46,892 nucleotides of DNA from an uncultured Ruminococcus sp. (GTDB lineage: Bacteria; Bacillota; Clostridia; Oscillospirales; Acutalibacteraceae): NCBI GenBank assembly GCA_964624945.1, contig CAZUYL010000001.1:1-46892 (forward strand), given 5' to 3'. Positions 7,743 to 15,962 of this stretch are shown here, in pieces. The translations under genes and the position numbers were made by a program. Within the stretch, counting starts at the first letter, position 1, and every line of letters starts with the position of its first letter. The notes beneath the pieces were generated by a model. That model did not search any database. It worked only from the letters and a program-made list of their open reading frames with translations, and was not told where the DNA came from.

Positions 7743-9275
7743 CTATTCAATACTTTTTATTTGTAAAATATGATTTTTAACAGCTGCCAAATCAATTATA
7801 TCAACCGAGCTGTCATTATTAATATCGGCGGCAGTTAATTCATCGCCGCTTAACGCCCTTGTTTGTAAAATATGCATTTTTATCATAGCAAGGTCTATGA
7901 TGTCAATATTACCGTCAAAATTAGGGTCACCTTTTTTGGTAGACGGTGCCACAGTTGTATCATCGGGCAAAATAACCTCAGAGGGTATTTGGCAAGCCGT
8001 TTCGGGCATTTCGGTAAAAATAGGAATTAGAAAGGTAATAACCGCATCTGCATTTGAAATGCAACCTTTTTTTAGATAGTTTGCATTGGTCCAAGCATCG
8101 TAAAGTGCCTGTGCGTATTGGTGGTTCCAATCCTCTTTTATAACGTTAAAATCTTTATAATAATACGTATCTTGACCTATACTTATGTAACCGTCGGCAT
8201 ATCTTTTTGCTCCACCCTCAATAGCGGCGTAGCGTGAATTCCAACCGTTGTTTTGTGCATAGGTTAAACCCGAAGTGATAATTTCGGTTTGTGTGGCACC
8301 CGAAGCAGCAAAGTTAAAGAAATTATAATACCCCTCATAGCCTTGATAGGTGCCGCTTATAAGTTGCGAAGTACCGCCTGCACCCTGCTCTACTACAATG
8401 GTAGCCGCTAAAACATAAGGACTCACACCGCTTGATTTTGCCGCATTTATAATATCGTTAATATATGCATCGGTGTTGCCGTCATAACCGCGTTCCAAAA
8501 AAGTGCCCTTAACAATGGTTCTTAAATTTTCGGTAATGTTGGAATCTTCTTGATAAGACTGTTGCATAAAGGCAAAAATCATATTTTCATTAAGTGAATT
8601 ACGCGGGTCCATATAATATTCAACAGCGGCCCTTGAAGCGTAAGTCCAACGGGGTTCGGGTTTTAGCCAAGTGTCTGTGGCAGCGTCATAAGCACGCATA
8701 TCACGCCATTCGTTACCGCCAAAGGTAAGTTCTACCAACTTACGTGATTTTTTTACATCAGTCACGCTATACTGTGATTCAACGGCATTTTTAAATGTTA
8801 AATCAAGATTGTTTGCAACAAACTTCCAATTGGGGTATTTTGCGTGCAATTCACGTAAATAACCGTGGTAACTTTCGGGGAAATTAGTAAGGTTTTGTTC
8901 AAAATCGGCATCGTATTTATATTCATATTTAATGGCAATTCTTGTTACTACACCGTAACCCGTTTTTGAAAAATTGTCACCGTAATTTATTTTATACCAT
9001 TTATCGCCTTCAATATCGGATTCAATGCCCAAAACCTTTACCTGTGTGCCATTATAGAGCGTATCAAGATGATTATGCCCCTTTGTTCCCGGTAAATCAT
9101 ATATTTTAGCCGCACCGCTGCTGCTTGCTATTACACCCATAGCAGGATACGAAATTGCTTTTACGTTAAAGGTTTTTATGCAACTAAACGCTAATATTAG
9201 ACACAGGCATAAACTTATTGCCCTTTTAAACTTCTGCACTGTTTTCACCCAACCTATAATAACCCATTTTAACAA
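7743..9275 (-). CDS. Secreted peptidoglycan hydrolase: SH3-like domain, N-acetylglucosaminidase (GH73-like) domain and C-terminal type-I dockerin
   Basis: The glucosaminidase region contains GVSPYVLAATIVVEQG. Two dockerin Ca-binding repeats: DPNFDGNIDIIDLAMIKMHIL and DINNDSSVDIIDLAAVKNHIL. The start is uncertain: TTG at 9275 or GTG at 9248, with no in-frame ATG in the signal-peptide region. Confidence 0.8.
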   Translation of the reverse strand: MLKWVIIGWVKTVQKFKRAISLCLCLILAFSCIKTFNVKAISYPAMGVIASSSGAAKIYDLPGTKGHNHLDTLYNGTQVKVLGIESDIEGDKWYKINYGDNFSKTGYGVVTRIAIKYEYKYDADFEQNLTNFPESYHGYLRELHAKYPNWKFVANNLDLTFKNAVESQYSVTDVKKSRKLVELTFGGNEWRDMRAYDAATDTWLKPEPRWTYASRAAVEYYMDPRNSLNENMIFAFMQQSYQEDSNITENLRTIVKGTFLERGYDGNTDAYINDIINAAKSSGVSPYVLAATIVVEQGAGGTSQLISGTYQGYEGYYNFFNFAASGATQTEIITSGLTYAQNNGWNSRYAAIEGGAKRYADGYISIGQDTYYYKDFNVIKEDWNHQYAQALYDAWTNANYLKKGCISNADAVITFLIPIFTEMPETACQIPSEVILPDDTTVAPSTKKGDPNFDGNIDIIDLAMIKMHILQTRALSGDELTAADINNDSSVDIIDLAAVKNHILQIKSIE

Positions 9276-9393
9276 ATAATATTATATAATTTTGTACGTG
9301 TTATGTCAATTGAAAAAATTTTCCGCAAATAATATAACTGTTAAAAAACCGATTTGCAAAAATTATTTTTTTAAAAAGACACATTTAATTTTC

Positions 9394-9421
9394 TTGACAA
9401 ATATTTTCACCGTTATATAAT
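9394..9421 (+). promoter_or_regulatory. Putative galE promoter (TTGACA-16-TATAAT)
   Basis: TTGACA at 9394-9399 and TATAAT at 9416-9421. GGAGG lies 7 nt before the ATG at 9460. Confidence 0.55.
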
Positions 9422-9459
9422 AATTATATATTTATTAATTATATTTTGGAGGTGCCGAT

Positions 9460-10473
9460 ATGGCAATTCTTTTAACAGGCGGTGCAGGTTACATAGGCAG
9501 TCACACCTGTGTTGAAATGTTAAATGCAGGTTATGATGTTATAGTTGTTGATAACCTTAACAACAGTAGCCGCGAATCTTTAAACCGTGTAGAAAAAATT
9601 ACAGGTAAAAGTGTTAAATTTTACGAAGCAGATGTTTGCAACTATGATGCTTTGCGTAAAATTTTTACCGAAAACAAAATTGATGCAGTAGTTCACTTTG
9701 CAGGTCACAAAGCAGTTGGTGAGTCGGTTCAAAAACCAATTATGTATTATAAAAACAACCTTGAAAGCACCATTGCTTTAATAGAGGTTATGAACGAGTT
9801 TGACGTTAAAAAGTTGGTGTTCTCTTCATCGGCTACTGTTTACGGTGCATCTACCGAAGTTCCGCTTGTAGAGGGTATGCCCACAGGTGCAACCAACCCC
9901 TATGGCAGAACCAAATTGTTTATTGAGGACATTTTACGTGACCTCTACGTTTCGGATAAATCTTGGTGTATTGCATTGCTTAGATATTTCAACCCTATCG
10001 GTGCACACAAAAGCGGCCTTATAGGTGAAGACCCGAAAGGCATTCCGAACAATCTTATGCCGTATATTTCACAGGTTGCAGTCGGAAAACTCAAAGAATT
10101 GCACGTATTCGGTAACGATTACAACACAGTAGACGGTACAGGTGTGCGTGACTACATTCACGTTGTAGACTTGGCACTCGGTCACGTTAAAGCGGTAGGT
10201 TGGGCACTTAACAATTTAGGTTGTGAAGAAATCAACCTTGGCACAGGCAACGGCACAAGTGTATTGCAGTTGCGTGATGCATTTGTTAAAGCATCGGGCA
10301 TTGATGTACCATACGTTGTAGACCCACGCCGCCCAGGTGACCTAGATGAAGTTTACGCAAATGCCGACAAGGCACTCAACCTTTTAGGTTGGAAAGCCGA
10401 ACGTAACATTGAAGAAATGTGCGAAGACACTTGGCGTTGGCAAAAAAATAACCCCGACGGTTACCGTAAATAA
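9460..10473 (+). CDS. galE: UDP-glucose 4-epimerase
   Basis: 337 aa. Rossmann motif GGAGYIGSH, catalytic YGRTK (YxxxK), and a GalE-type C-terminus. Confidence 0.92.
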   Translation: MAILLTGGAGYIGSHTCVEMLNAGYDVIVVDNLNNSSRESLNRVEKITGKSVKFYEADVCNYDALRKIFTENKIDAVVHFAGHKAVGESVQKPIMYYKNNLESTIALIEVMNEFDVKKLVFSSSATVYGASTEVPLVEGMPTGATNPYGRTKLFIEDILRDLYVSDKSWCIALLRYFNPIGAHKSGLIGEDPKGIPNNLMPYISQVAVGKLKELHVFGNDYNTVDGTGVRDYIHVVDLALGHVKAVGWALNNLGCEEINLGTGNGTSVLQLRDAFVKASGIDVPYVVDPRRPGDLDEVYANADKALNLLGWKAERNIEEMCEDTWRWQKNNPDGYRK

Positions 10474-10494
10474 TTATATAAAACTAAAAATTGA

Positions 10495-10528
10495 GCAAGG
10501 CGTTTTAAGTTGTTTTAAAACGCCTTGC
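10495..10528. terminator. 14-bp perfect hairpin between galE and tRNA-Arg (terminator or processing structure)
   Basis: gcaaggcgttttaa / ttaaaacgccttgc with loop gttgtt. No U-tract follows on the plus strand; on the minus strand tcaattttt follows. Confidence 0.45.
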
Positions 10529-10543
10529 AAAAATTTAATATTA

Positions 10544-10620
10544 CCGCTTGTGGCGCAGTTGGATAACGCAGCAGATTCCGATTCTGAAGAACGGGGGTTC
10601 GAATCCCTTCAAGCGGGCCA
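10544..10620 (+). tRNA. tRNA-Arg (anticodon CCG), CCA encoded
   Basis: Hand-folded cloverleaf. Acceptor ccgcttg/caagcgg (C1-G72). D-loop agttggata. Anticodon stem gcaga/tctga (G27-A43 mismatch) with loop ttCCGat. T-arm ggggg-ttcgaat-ccctt. Discriminator g, then cca. Confidence 0.75.
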
Positions 10621-10622
10621 AA
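10602..10622 (+). repeat. Direct repeat copy 1 (aatcccttcaagcgggccaaa), the 3' end of tRNA-Arg
   Basis: Identical 21-mer recurs at 10792-10812. Confidence 0.9.
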
Positions 10623-10627
10623 TATAA

Positions 10628-10665
10628 CGGTGTAGTATCGCAAGATACTGCACCGTTTATTTTTT
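10628..10665 (+). terminator. Intrinsic terminator after tRNA-Arg
   Basis: 12-bp stem cggtgtagtatc/gatactgcaccg (one G-U pair), loop gcaa, then tttatttttt. Confidence 0.8.
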
Positions 10666-10791
10666 CAATTAATAAAGGGATTCGAACAAGGGCGGTTTGA
10701 CAAGGTCAAATTGCAACCTTTCAGTGAACGGTTGCAAAGCCCGTGGGCAACGAGCGTATGCGAGGCGATAGCACACGATAGTGTGCGAAAA

Positions 10792-10812
10792 AATCCCTTC
10801 AAGCGGGCCAAA
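10792..10812 (+). repeat. Direct repeat copy 2, an orphan tRNA-Arg 3'-end fragment (att-like scar)
   Basis: Exact 21-nt match to 10602-10622. No upstream tRNA body. Confidence 0.9.
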
Positions 10813-10852
10813 ACAAAAATCCGTTCTCGTAGGAAGTCCTTTCATAAAGAAG

Positions 10853-10880
10853 AAAGCAGAGTTTTTACGCTCTGCTTTTT
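10853..10880 (+). terminator. Intrinsic terminator downstream of the orphan tRNA fragment
   Basis: aaagcagag / ctctgcttt stem, 8-nt loop, and a U-run continuing to 10880. Confidence 0.7.
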
Positions 10881-10958
10881 CCTTTATACTGCCCGAAGAT
10901 GGATTTAATAAGGATTTTGATGTCAAAATTCGATGCTCGCTAAAATCTAGGACAAGGT

Positions 10959-11151
10959 AAGTGATATTTCAATCTAACGCTTGGAGTGATATTTTCCTTT
11001 CGGAAAGTGATATGCGTTGTATACTTCGCTAACAGCGAACTATTGCAAAGCGTGATATTATATTCGCCTTATAAACTCGACGTCGCCAAATACCACACGG
11101 CAAAGCCGTATATCATGCGTATCAATATCCCTCGCCGCAGGCGAATATAAC
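10959..11151. repeat. Degenerate array of mini-hairpins and ATAT-core heptamers (REP/iteron-like), no ORF
   Basis: AGTGATAT at 10960, 10985 and 11006. GTGATAT at 11052. ATATCAT at 11110, ATATCC at 11125 and ATATAAC at 11145. 5-bp hairpins at 10993-11006, 11025-11039, 11097-11109 and 11132-11144. An 11-nt inverted repeat pairs 11058-11068 with 11140-11150. Confidence 0.5.
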
Positions 11152-11182
11152 AGAGGCACACTTCCTTACGAAGTGTGCCTCT
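11152..11182 (-). terminator. 13-bp perfect hairpin 34 nt after the DUF1015 gene stop (probable terminator, weak U-tract)
   Basis: agaggcacacttc-cttac-gaagtgtgcctct. Confidence 0.55.
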
Positions 11183-11215
11183 AAGAGAGCGGATTTTTAC
11201 AATAAATAATACATT

Positions 11216-12418
11216 TTATTTGATTTTGCGTGCTTCTATGTAAAAGCGTTTATCGTCGGCATGGCCCATAGAAAAGGTTTTTCTGGGCAGAGAGCCGTTT
11301 GCATTTACCGCATCAAACAGTTCGCTTTTTTGCATACCGTTAAACAAAAAGCCCACTGTGTTTTTGCGTGATGCCAATTTTTTGAGTGAATTTTCGCCGT
11401 GAATATAGTCTATTTCAACACCGCTATGTGTTTTAACATAATCGTCTAAAAACGTTTGTAATGTGCCTACTGCTAATTTTGCGGTGGGTTTTACAGTAAT
11501 CTCACGTGTTTGGCCACCGTATACACAAATAAATTTTTGTGCATCAACGCCGTTGTATTCGCCCGTTGCATTTACAAAATCGTTGATAAGGCTTTCGGGT
11601 TCAACACCGAAAACAACACGGTAAATAGGTTCAAACTCAAGTGCTGTATCGTGAATATTTACAATTTCGGCAAGTGCATAACGTGACTGCTCGGTTGGGT
11701 TTTGTCGGTAACATTCTTTTGCGGTAGCAAGCGAATGGTTGCCGTCACCTACGCAGAACAAAAAACCGTTATTTTTTTGCTTTAAGGTGTCGAGCATTGA
11801 AAGTACAGTTTGTTTTGCGGCATCGTTCAAAAGATAACCCTTAATGCTACCCGCATCGCACATAAGCGTAAAATCGTAAACCTTTTTAAAAGAATCACGG
11901 TTTAAAGCCAAATAATTAAAAATTGCGTTTTCGATGTCATCAAAAAGCAACATTACGTGCGGTAATTCAAGCAATGCGTTTTTACGTATTTGTACACGTG
12001 GCGGTATGCGTGATAAAACGGTTTGCTCGGTTGCACGTATTTCGGCATCGGTGCCTGAATGATAGTCGTAACTTTCAAGGTCAACCTTGCCTACTATTCC
12101 GCTTCTTAATTTGCCGTCAGACTGTATACGTTCTACGTAAATTAAACTGTCGGAATACTCGTTAAAAATATCTTCTTCAAGATATTTTTTCATATTATTG
12201 TTTATTTTTTCTATATATTCGGAATTATCGTCCGATAAATAAACCTCCGGTAAGACTATGTTAAGTGCCGACGGTTTACCCTCAGCCGATTTTTCAACCG
12301 AATTCCAATATTCAGGTTCCGATGTGTATTGATCGCAAGCAATTACCGCCCAATTTTCAAAATCTTTTTTAGGCAAAAGCATATCTGCCGACGAAAAAGA
12401 ATGATTATATTTCATCAT
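11216..12418 (-). CDS. Conserved protein of unknown function, DUF1015-like
   Basis: 400 aa soluble protein. The N-terminal ...AVIACDQYTSEPEYW... region and the length recall the DUF1015 family. The assignment is from memory only. Confidence 0.55.
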   Translation of the reverse strand: MMKYNHSFSSADMLLPKKDFENWAVIACDQYTSEPEYWNSVEKSAEGKPSALNIVLPEVYLSDDNSEYIEKINNNMKKYLEEDIFNEYSDSLIYVERIQSDGKLRSGIVGKVDLESYDYHSGTDAEIRATEQTVLSRIPPRVQIRKNALLELPHVMLLFDDIENAIFNYLALNRDSFKKVYDFTLMCDAGSIKGYLLNDAAKQTVLSMLDTLKQKNNGFLFCVGDGNHSLATAKECYRQNPTEQSRYALAEIVNIHDTALEFEPIYRVVFGVEPESLINDFVNATGEYNGVDAQKFICVYGGQTREITVKPTAKLAVGTLQTFLDDYVKTHSGVEIDYIHGENSLKKLASRKNTVGFLFNGMQKSELFDAVNANGSLPRKTFSMGHADDKRFYIEARKIK

Positions 12419-12429
12419 AAACCCTCATT

Positions 12430-13164
12430 TCAATAATACGAAACTTCAATACCGTCGATTTGGTCTTCGGCTATATCAACATAAACGGTTATACCGCTGC
12501 GTTTGTCTTTTTCGGTGATAAACCATTCCAAAACATATTTGTTTTCATAGTTTTTATGAAAATACGACGGCGAACCCAACACCTCTATAATATCGGTTAT
12601 AGCAGATGTATTGCTGACACCGTTAACCCAAAACTGACCGTACTGTGAATTTTCAACAAAGAGTTCATTTTCGGATATTATAAACTTTACTATAGGGCAT
12701 TTTTTAAGCGATACAGAAGATTTTTTATTGTTATAAAAAACTGCGATTATTTTTTTGCCATACTCGTTTACAAATTCGACCTGTACGGTTTTGCCTGTCA
12801 TTATCTGTGATTCTTCGCTGTACTGTTCAGAGTCAACCATTGTCCAACCCGACTGCGTAATTTTTTTGTAGTTTGAAGGAACATCTATATTACTGCCATC
12901 GTATGTGATTTTATATTCAAAATCTTTGCCTAAATAAATATCGGCATAGTTAATTTCATCATAAAGACTTATATCGACGTAAGTGGGCATAACTTCGTCA
13001 TCGGACATAATTTCAGGTATGCTGACTGTTGAAATGTTGCTGTTTTCTGATGAAACGCTATCCTCAACATTTACGGATTTACCGTATTCTGAATCAAATT
13101 TTTCACATCCGCAAAGCCCCAAAACAAAAATACCGCAAATTAATAAACAAACTATTCTTTTCAT
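12430..13164 (-). CDS. Hypothetical lipoprotein
   Basis: Signal peptide MKRIVCLLICGIFVLGLCGC with a lipobox. No family recognised. Confidence 0.65.
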   Translation of the reverse strand: MKRIVCLLICGIFVLGLCGCEKFDSEYGKSVNVEDSVSSENSNISTVSIPEIMSDDEVMPTYVDISLYDEINYADIYLGKDFEYKITYDGSNIDVPSNYKKITQSGWTMVDSEQYSEESQIMTGKTVQVEFVNEYGKKIIAVFYNNKKSSVSLKKCPIVKFIISENELFVENSQYGQFWVNGVSNTSAITDIIEVLGSPSYFHKNYENKYVLEWFITEKDKRSGITVYVDIAEDQIDGIEVSYY

Positions 13165-13217
13165 ATTTTTGCCTCCTATAAGTCAATTATATAACCAAAA
13201 CTTCGTAACGCTAAACG

Positions 13218-14066
13218 TTAATTGATGCCGTCTAGCAAGATTACGTCATTTTTTATTGCATTTACAAGTTCCGATAAAGAATTAAATCTTTTTTCTTCTC
13301 TTACAAAATCGAGCAACTCGATTTTTATTTTTTTGTGATAAATATCACCCGAAAAATCTTTAATATAAGTTTCACAACCTATATCATTTGTTCGGTAGGT
13401 AGGTCTTATGCCTAAATTGGTGATTGCTTTATACCGCTTGCCGCATATTGTAGCCTCTGAAATATATACGCCGAATTTAGCACAAACAAGTTGTGTTGGG
13501 TATTTTTGATTTGCCGTGGGGAAACCCAATTCTCTGCCACGGGCATCGCCGTGTATAACCTCGGTTTCAAAAGCAAAACCACCGTACATCATAGCAGATG
13601 CCTGACGCATTTTACCCTCTGATATAAGGTTACGTATATAGGTTGATGATACGGTTATGCCGTCACTTTTTACGGGCGGAACACATATAAACTCTATACC
13701 GTTTTTAAGGCAAAAATTTTTAAGCAAATCGGTGTCACCTAAAGTGTTGTGACCAAAACGGTAATTGAAACCGCAAACAATTCTTGAAGGATTATATTCA
13801 TTTTTTAAATTTTCAAGATAATCCTCAGCGGAAATGTTTTTTACCTGTTCAAATTTTTGCATTACAACCTGCTTTATGCCAAGTTGTTTTAGGCGAATTT
13901 CACGTTCTTGAGGCAAAATCAGTAATTGCGGTTTTTGAGAATAAACGCTCTTTGGCGGTATATCAAATGTAACGGCAATGCCGTAAAAACCTTCGGCATT
14001 TTTTATAACCTCACGGTGACCTGCGTGTAAGCCGTCAAACGTGCCTAAAATTATTGCAGTTTTCAT
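13218..14066 (-). CDS. ribF: Bifunctional riboflavin kinase / FMN adenylyltransferase
   Basis: GTFDGLHAGH nucleotidyltransferase motif and a C-terminal kinase region with GFPTAN. Confidence 0.88.
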   Translation of the reverse strand: MKTAIILGTFDGLHAGHREVIKNAEGFYGIAVTFDIPPKSVYSQKPQLLILPQEREIRLKQLGIKQVVMQKFEQVKNISAEDYLENLKNEYNPSRIVCGFNYRFGHNTLGDTDLLKNFCLKNGIEFICVPPVKSDGITVSSTYIRNLISEGKMRQASAMMYGGFAFETEVIHGDARGRELGFPTANQKYPTQLVCAKFGVYISEATICGKRYKAITNLGIRPTYRTNDIGCETYIKDFSGDIYHKKIKIELLDFVREEKRFNSLSELVNAIKNDVILLDGIN

Positions 14067-14069
14067 AAG

Positions 14070-14960
14070 TTACACCAGCCTGTCAACCAAACGTTCTATT
14101 TTTAAAATATTGTTTTCAAGGTCGGCACAACCCAAACCTATAAACCTTTTATTGAAATAAACCCTGTAAAGCGAGTCGTTTTCAAATGCAGAATATTTTA
14201 TTCTGTCAAGATTAAGTTCGCCGCCGTTAGAAAAACGTACGGCCTGTTTTTCGCTGACCTCAAAAGCGGGCATATAATCTACCGCTTTATCGCACGGTAA
14301 AATATAGTCGCATATATTTTCACTTGTCAGGTCGTCTAAACTTACGCAATCAGATATATCAAACCCTGCGGTTTTTGTGCGGTTTAATCTTGTAAGTGTT
14401 GCACCGCAACCCAATTTTTCACCTATATCTCGGCAAAGTGAACGTATATACGTGCCTTTTGAAACGGTTGTTGTAATATCAAATTCAAAATTTTGATTAA
14501 GTTTACCCGTTTGCTCAATCGAATAGATATTAACCTCACGCGAGGGTATATCTACGTTTTCACCTCGACGGGCAAGTTCATACATACGCACGCCATTTTG
14601 CTTAATTGCACTAAACATAGGCGGTGTTTGCTGCTGTAAACCTATAAAAGATTTTAAAATATCGGATATTTCGCCCTGAGTTACGTTGACAGCGTTTTGC
14701 AATAGTACATTGCCAGTAATATCGCAAGTATCGGTAGTAATGCCAAGTTTAACAGTAGCCGAATAACTTTTTTCGGCATCGGTAACGTATTGCGATAAAA
14801 CCGTAGCCCTGCCTATAAGTATGGGCAAAACACCTGTAGCCATAGGGTCAAGCGTGCCTGTATGACCGACACGCTTTTCACCCGCTAATCTTTTAATGCG
14901 TGCAACCGCACCGAAAGATGTTATGCCTTCGGGCTTATTCAGCAGAAGAAGTCCAAACAT
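14070..14960 (-). CDS. truB: tRNA pseudouridine(55) synthase
   Basis: GHTGTLDPMATGVLPI catalytic-Asp motif and a PUA-like C-terminus. Confidence 0.92.
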   Translation of the reverse strand: MFGLLLLNKPEGITSFGAVARIKRLAGEKRVGHTGTLDPMATGVLPILIGRATVLSQYVTDAEKSYSATVKLGITTDTCDITGNVLLQNAVNVTQGEISDILKSFIGLQQQTPPMFSAIKQNGVRMYELARRGENVDIPSREVNIYSIEQTGKLNQNFEFDITTTVSKGTYIRSLCRDIGEKLGCGATLTRLNRTKTAGFDISDCVSLDDLTSENICDYILPCDKAVDYMPAFEVSEKQAVRFSNGGELNLDRIKYSAFENDSLYRVYFNKRFIGLGCADLENNILKIERLVDRLV

Positions 14961-15927
14961 TGTTTTCCTCCATTTGCTGTTTTATAACATCTAAAACCTG
15001 TGTTTTAACAAAACTTAACGAACCGTACAAGGTTGCCCCTGCGGCGTTTTTATGACCGCCTCCGCCTAAGTTTTTGCAAATTACAGATGCATTAAGCGGT
15101 TCGTAGGTACGCAAAGAAAGTTTGTATACATCGGTGCCTGTTTGTTTTATTGTTACACCTGCAATTACGCCTTCAACACTACGTGAAATAACGCTTATTC
15201 CCTCAAGGTCGGTGCCGCTGCAACCTGTTTTTTGTTGCATAGCGGCGGTAATTGTAAGCAACATACATTTATCGTCAAAATGGTATTCCGCCGAATCAAG
15301 CACCATACGTTCAAGGGTGAGCAAATTTTTGCTTTTTGTATCAAACATTATTTTGTTTATAACATCTGCCTCGATATCGTATTCATAAAGCGATGCCGCT
15401 ATTTTGTGTGTTTTAGATGTAACGCACGAATACTTAAAGCAGCCTGTATCGGTTGCTATGCCTGTATAAAGTGCTTTTGCTATTGTGTTGTCAAACTGTA
15501 TGCCCAATTCAACCAATAACTCATACATTATTTCACAGGTTGCGGAAGCGTTTGCATCAAGATATAACGATTTTGCATAACGAAGATTTGAAATATGATG
15601 ATCAATATTAAGGTCAATAATTTCACCGAAATCTTTTTCTAAAGAACCTAACAATCGTTTATCGGCAACGTCAACCGCAATAACAACGGCGTTTTCACGT
15701 TTTACATAATCTGTATTACACAAAAAATATGCATATTTAGACGGAATTACATCGGGGCAAATTACCTCAGCACTTTTATTCAACTGCTTGAGTCCGTAAT
15801 AAAGTGCATAAGCCGAACCCAAAGTGTCGCCGTCGGGCGAAGCGTGTGTAAGAATTATATAATTATTGTTTTCTTTCAAAAAGTTTACGGTATCTTTTAG
15901 GGTAAAATCAATGCAATTATTATCCAT
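14935..15927 (-). CDS. nrnA: DHH/DHHA1 phosphoesterase (NrnA-type oligoribonuclease / pAp phosphatase)
   Basis: DHH motif NIDHHISN and DHHA1 motif GGGGHKNAAG. It occupies the conserved position between rbfA and truB. Confidence 0.8.
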   Translation of the reverse strand: MDNNCIDFTLKDTVNFLKENNNYIILTHASPDGDTLGSAYALYYGLKQLNKSAEVICPDVIPSKYAYFLCNTDYVKRENAVVIAVDVADKRLLGSLEKDFGEIIDLNIDHHISNLRYAKSLYLDANASATCEIMYELLVELGIQFDNTIAKALYTGIATDTGCFKYSCVTSKTHKIAASLYEYDIEADVINKIMFDTKSKNLLTLERMVLDSAEYHFDDKCMLLTITAAMQQKTGCSGTDLEGISVISRSVEGVIAGVTIKQTGTDVYKLSLRTYEPLNASVICKNLGGGGHKNAAGATLYGSLSFVKTQVLDVIKQQMEENNVWTSSAE

Positions 15928-15962
15928 AATTGTGTCACATCCTTTCGTGACCGAATTAACGT

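Noticed and set aside
10669-10926. ORFs 10669..10926 (minus strand, 85 aa) and 10711..10908 (plus strand, 65 aa) in the tRNA-Arg flank.
   Set aside because: They span tRNA-derived sequence, hairpins and a terminator. They lack SD sequences and plausible protein features. The interval is better explained as non-coding (see findings).
10959-11060. Possible CRISPR array, because GTGATAT recurs at intervals of 21-45 nt.
   Set aside because: The repeated core is only 7-8 nt, spacing is irregular and far below CRISPR repeat-plus-spacer lengths, and there are no cas genes in the window.
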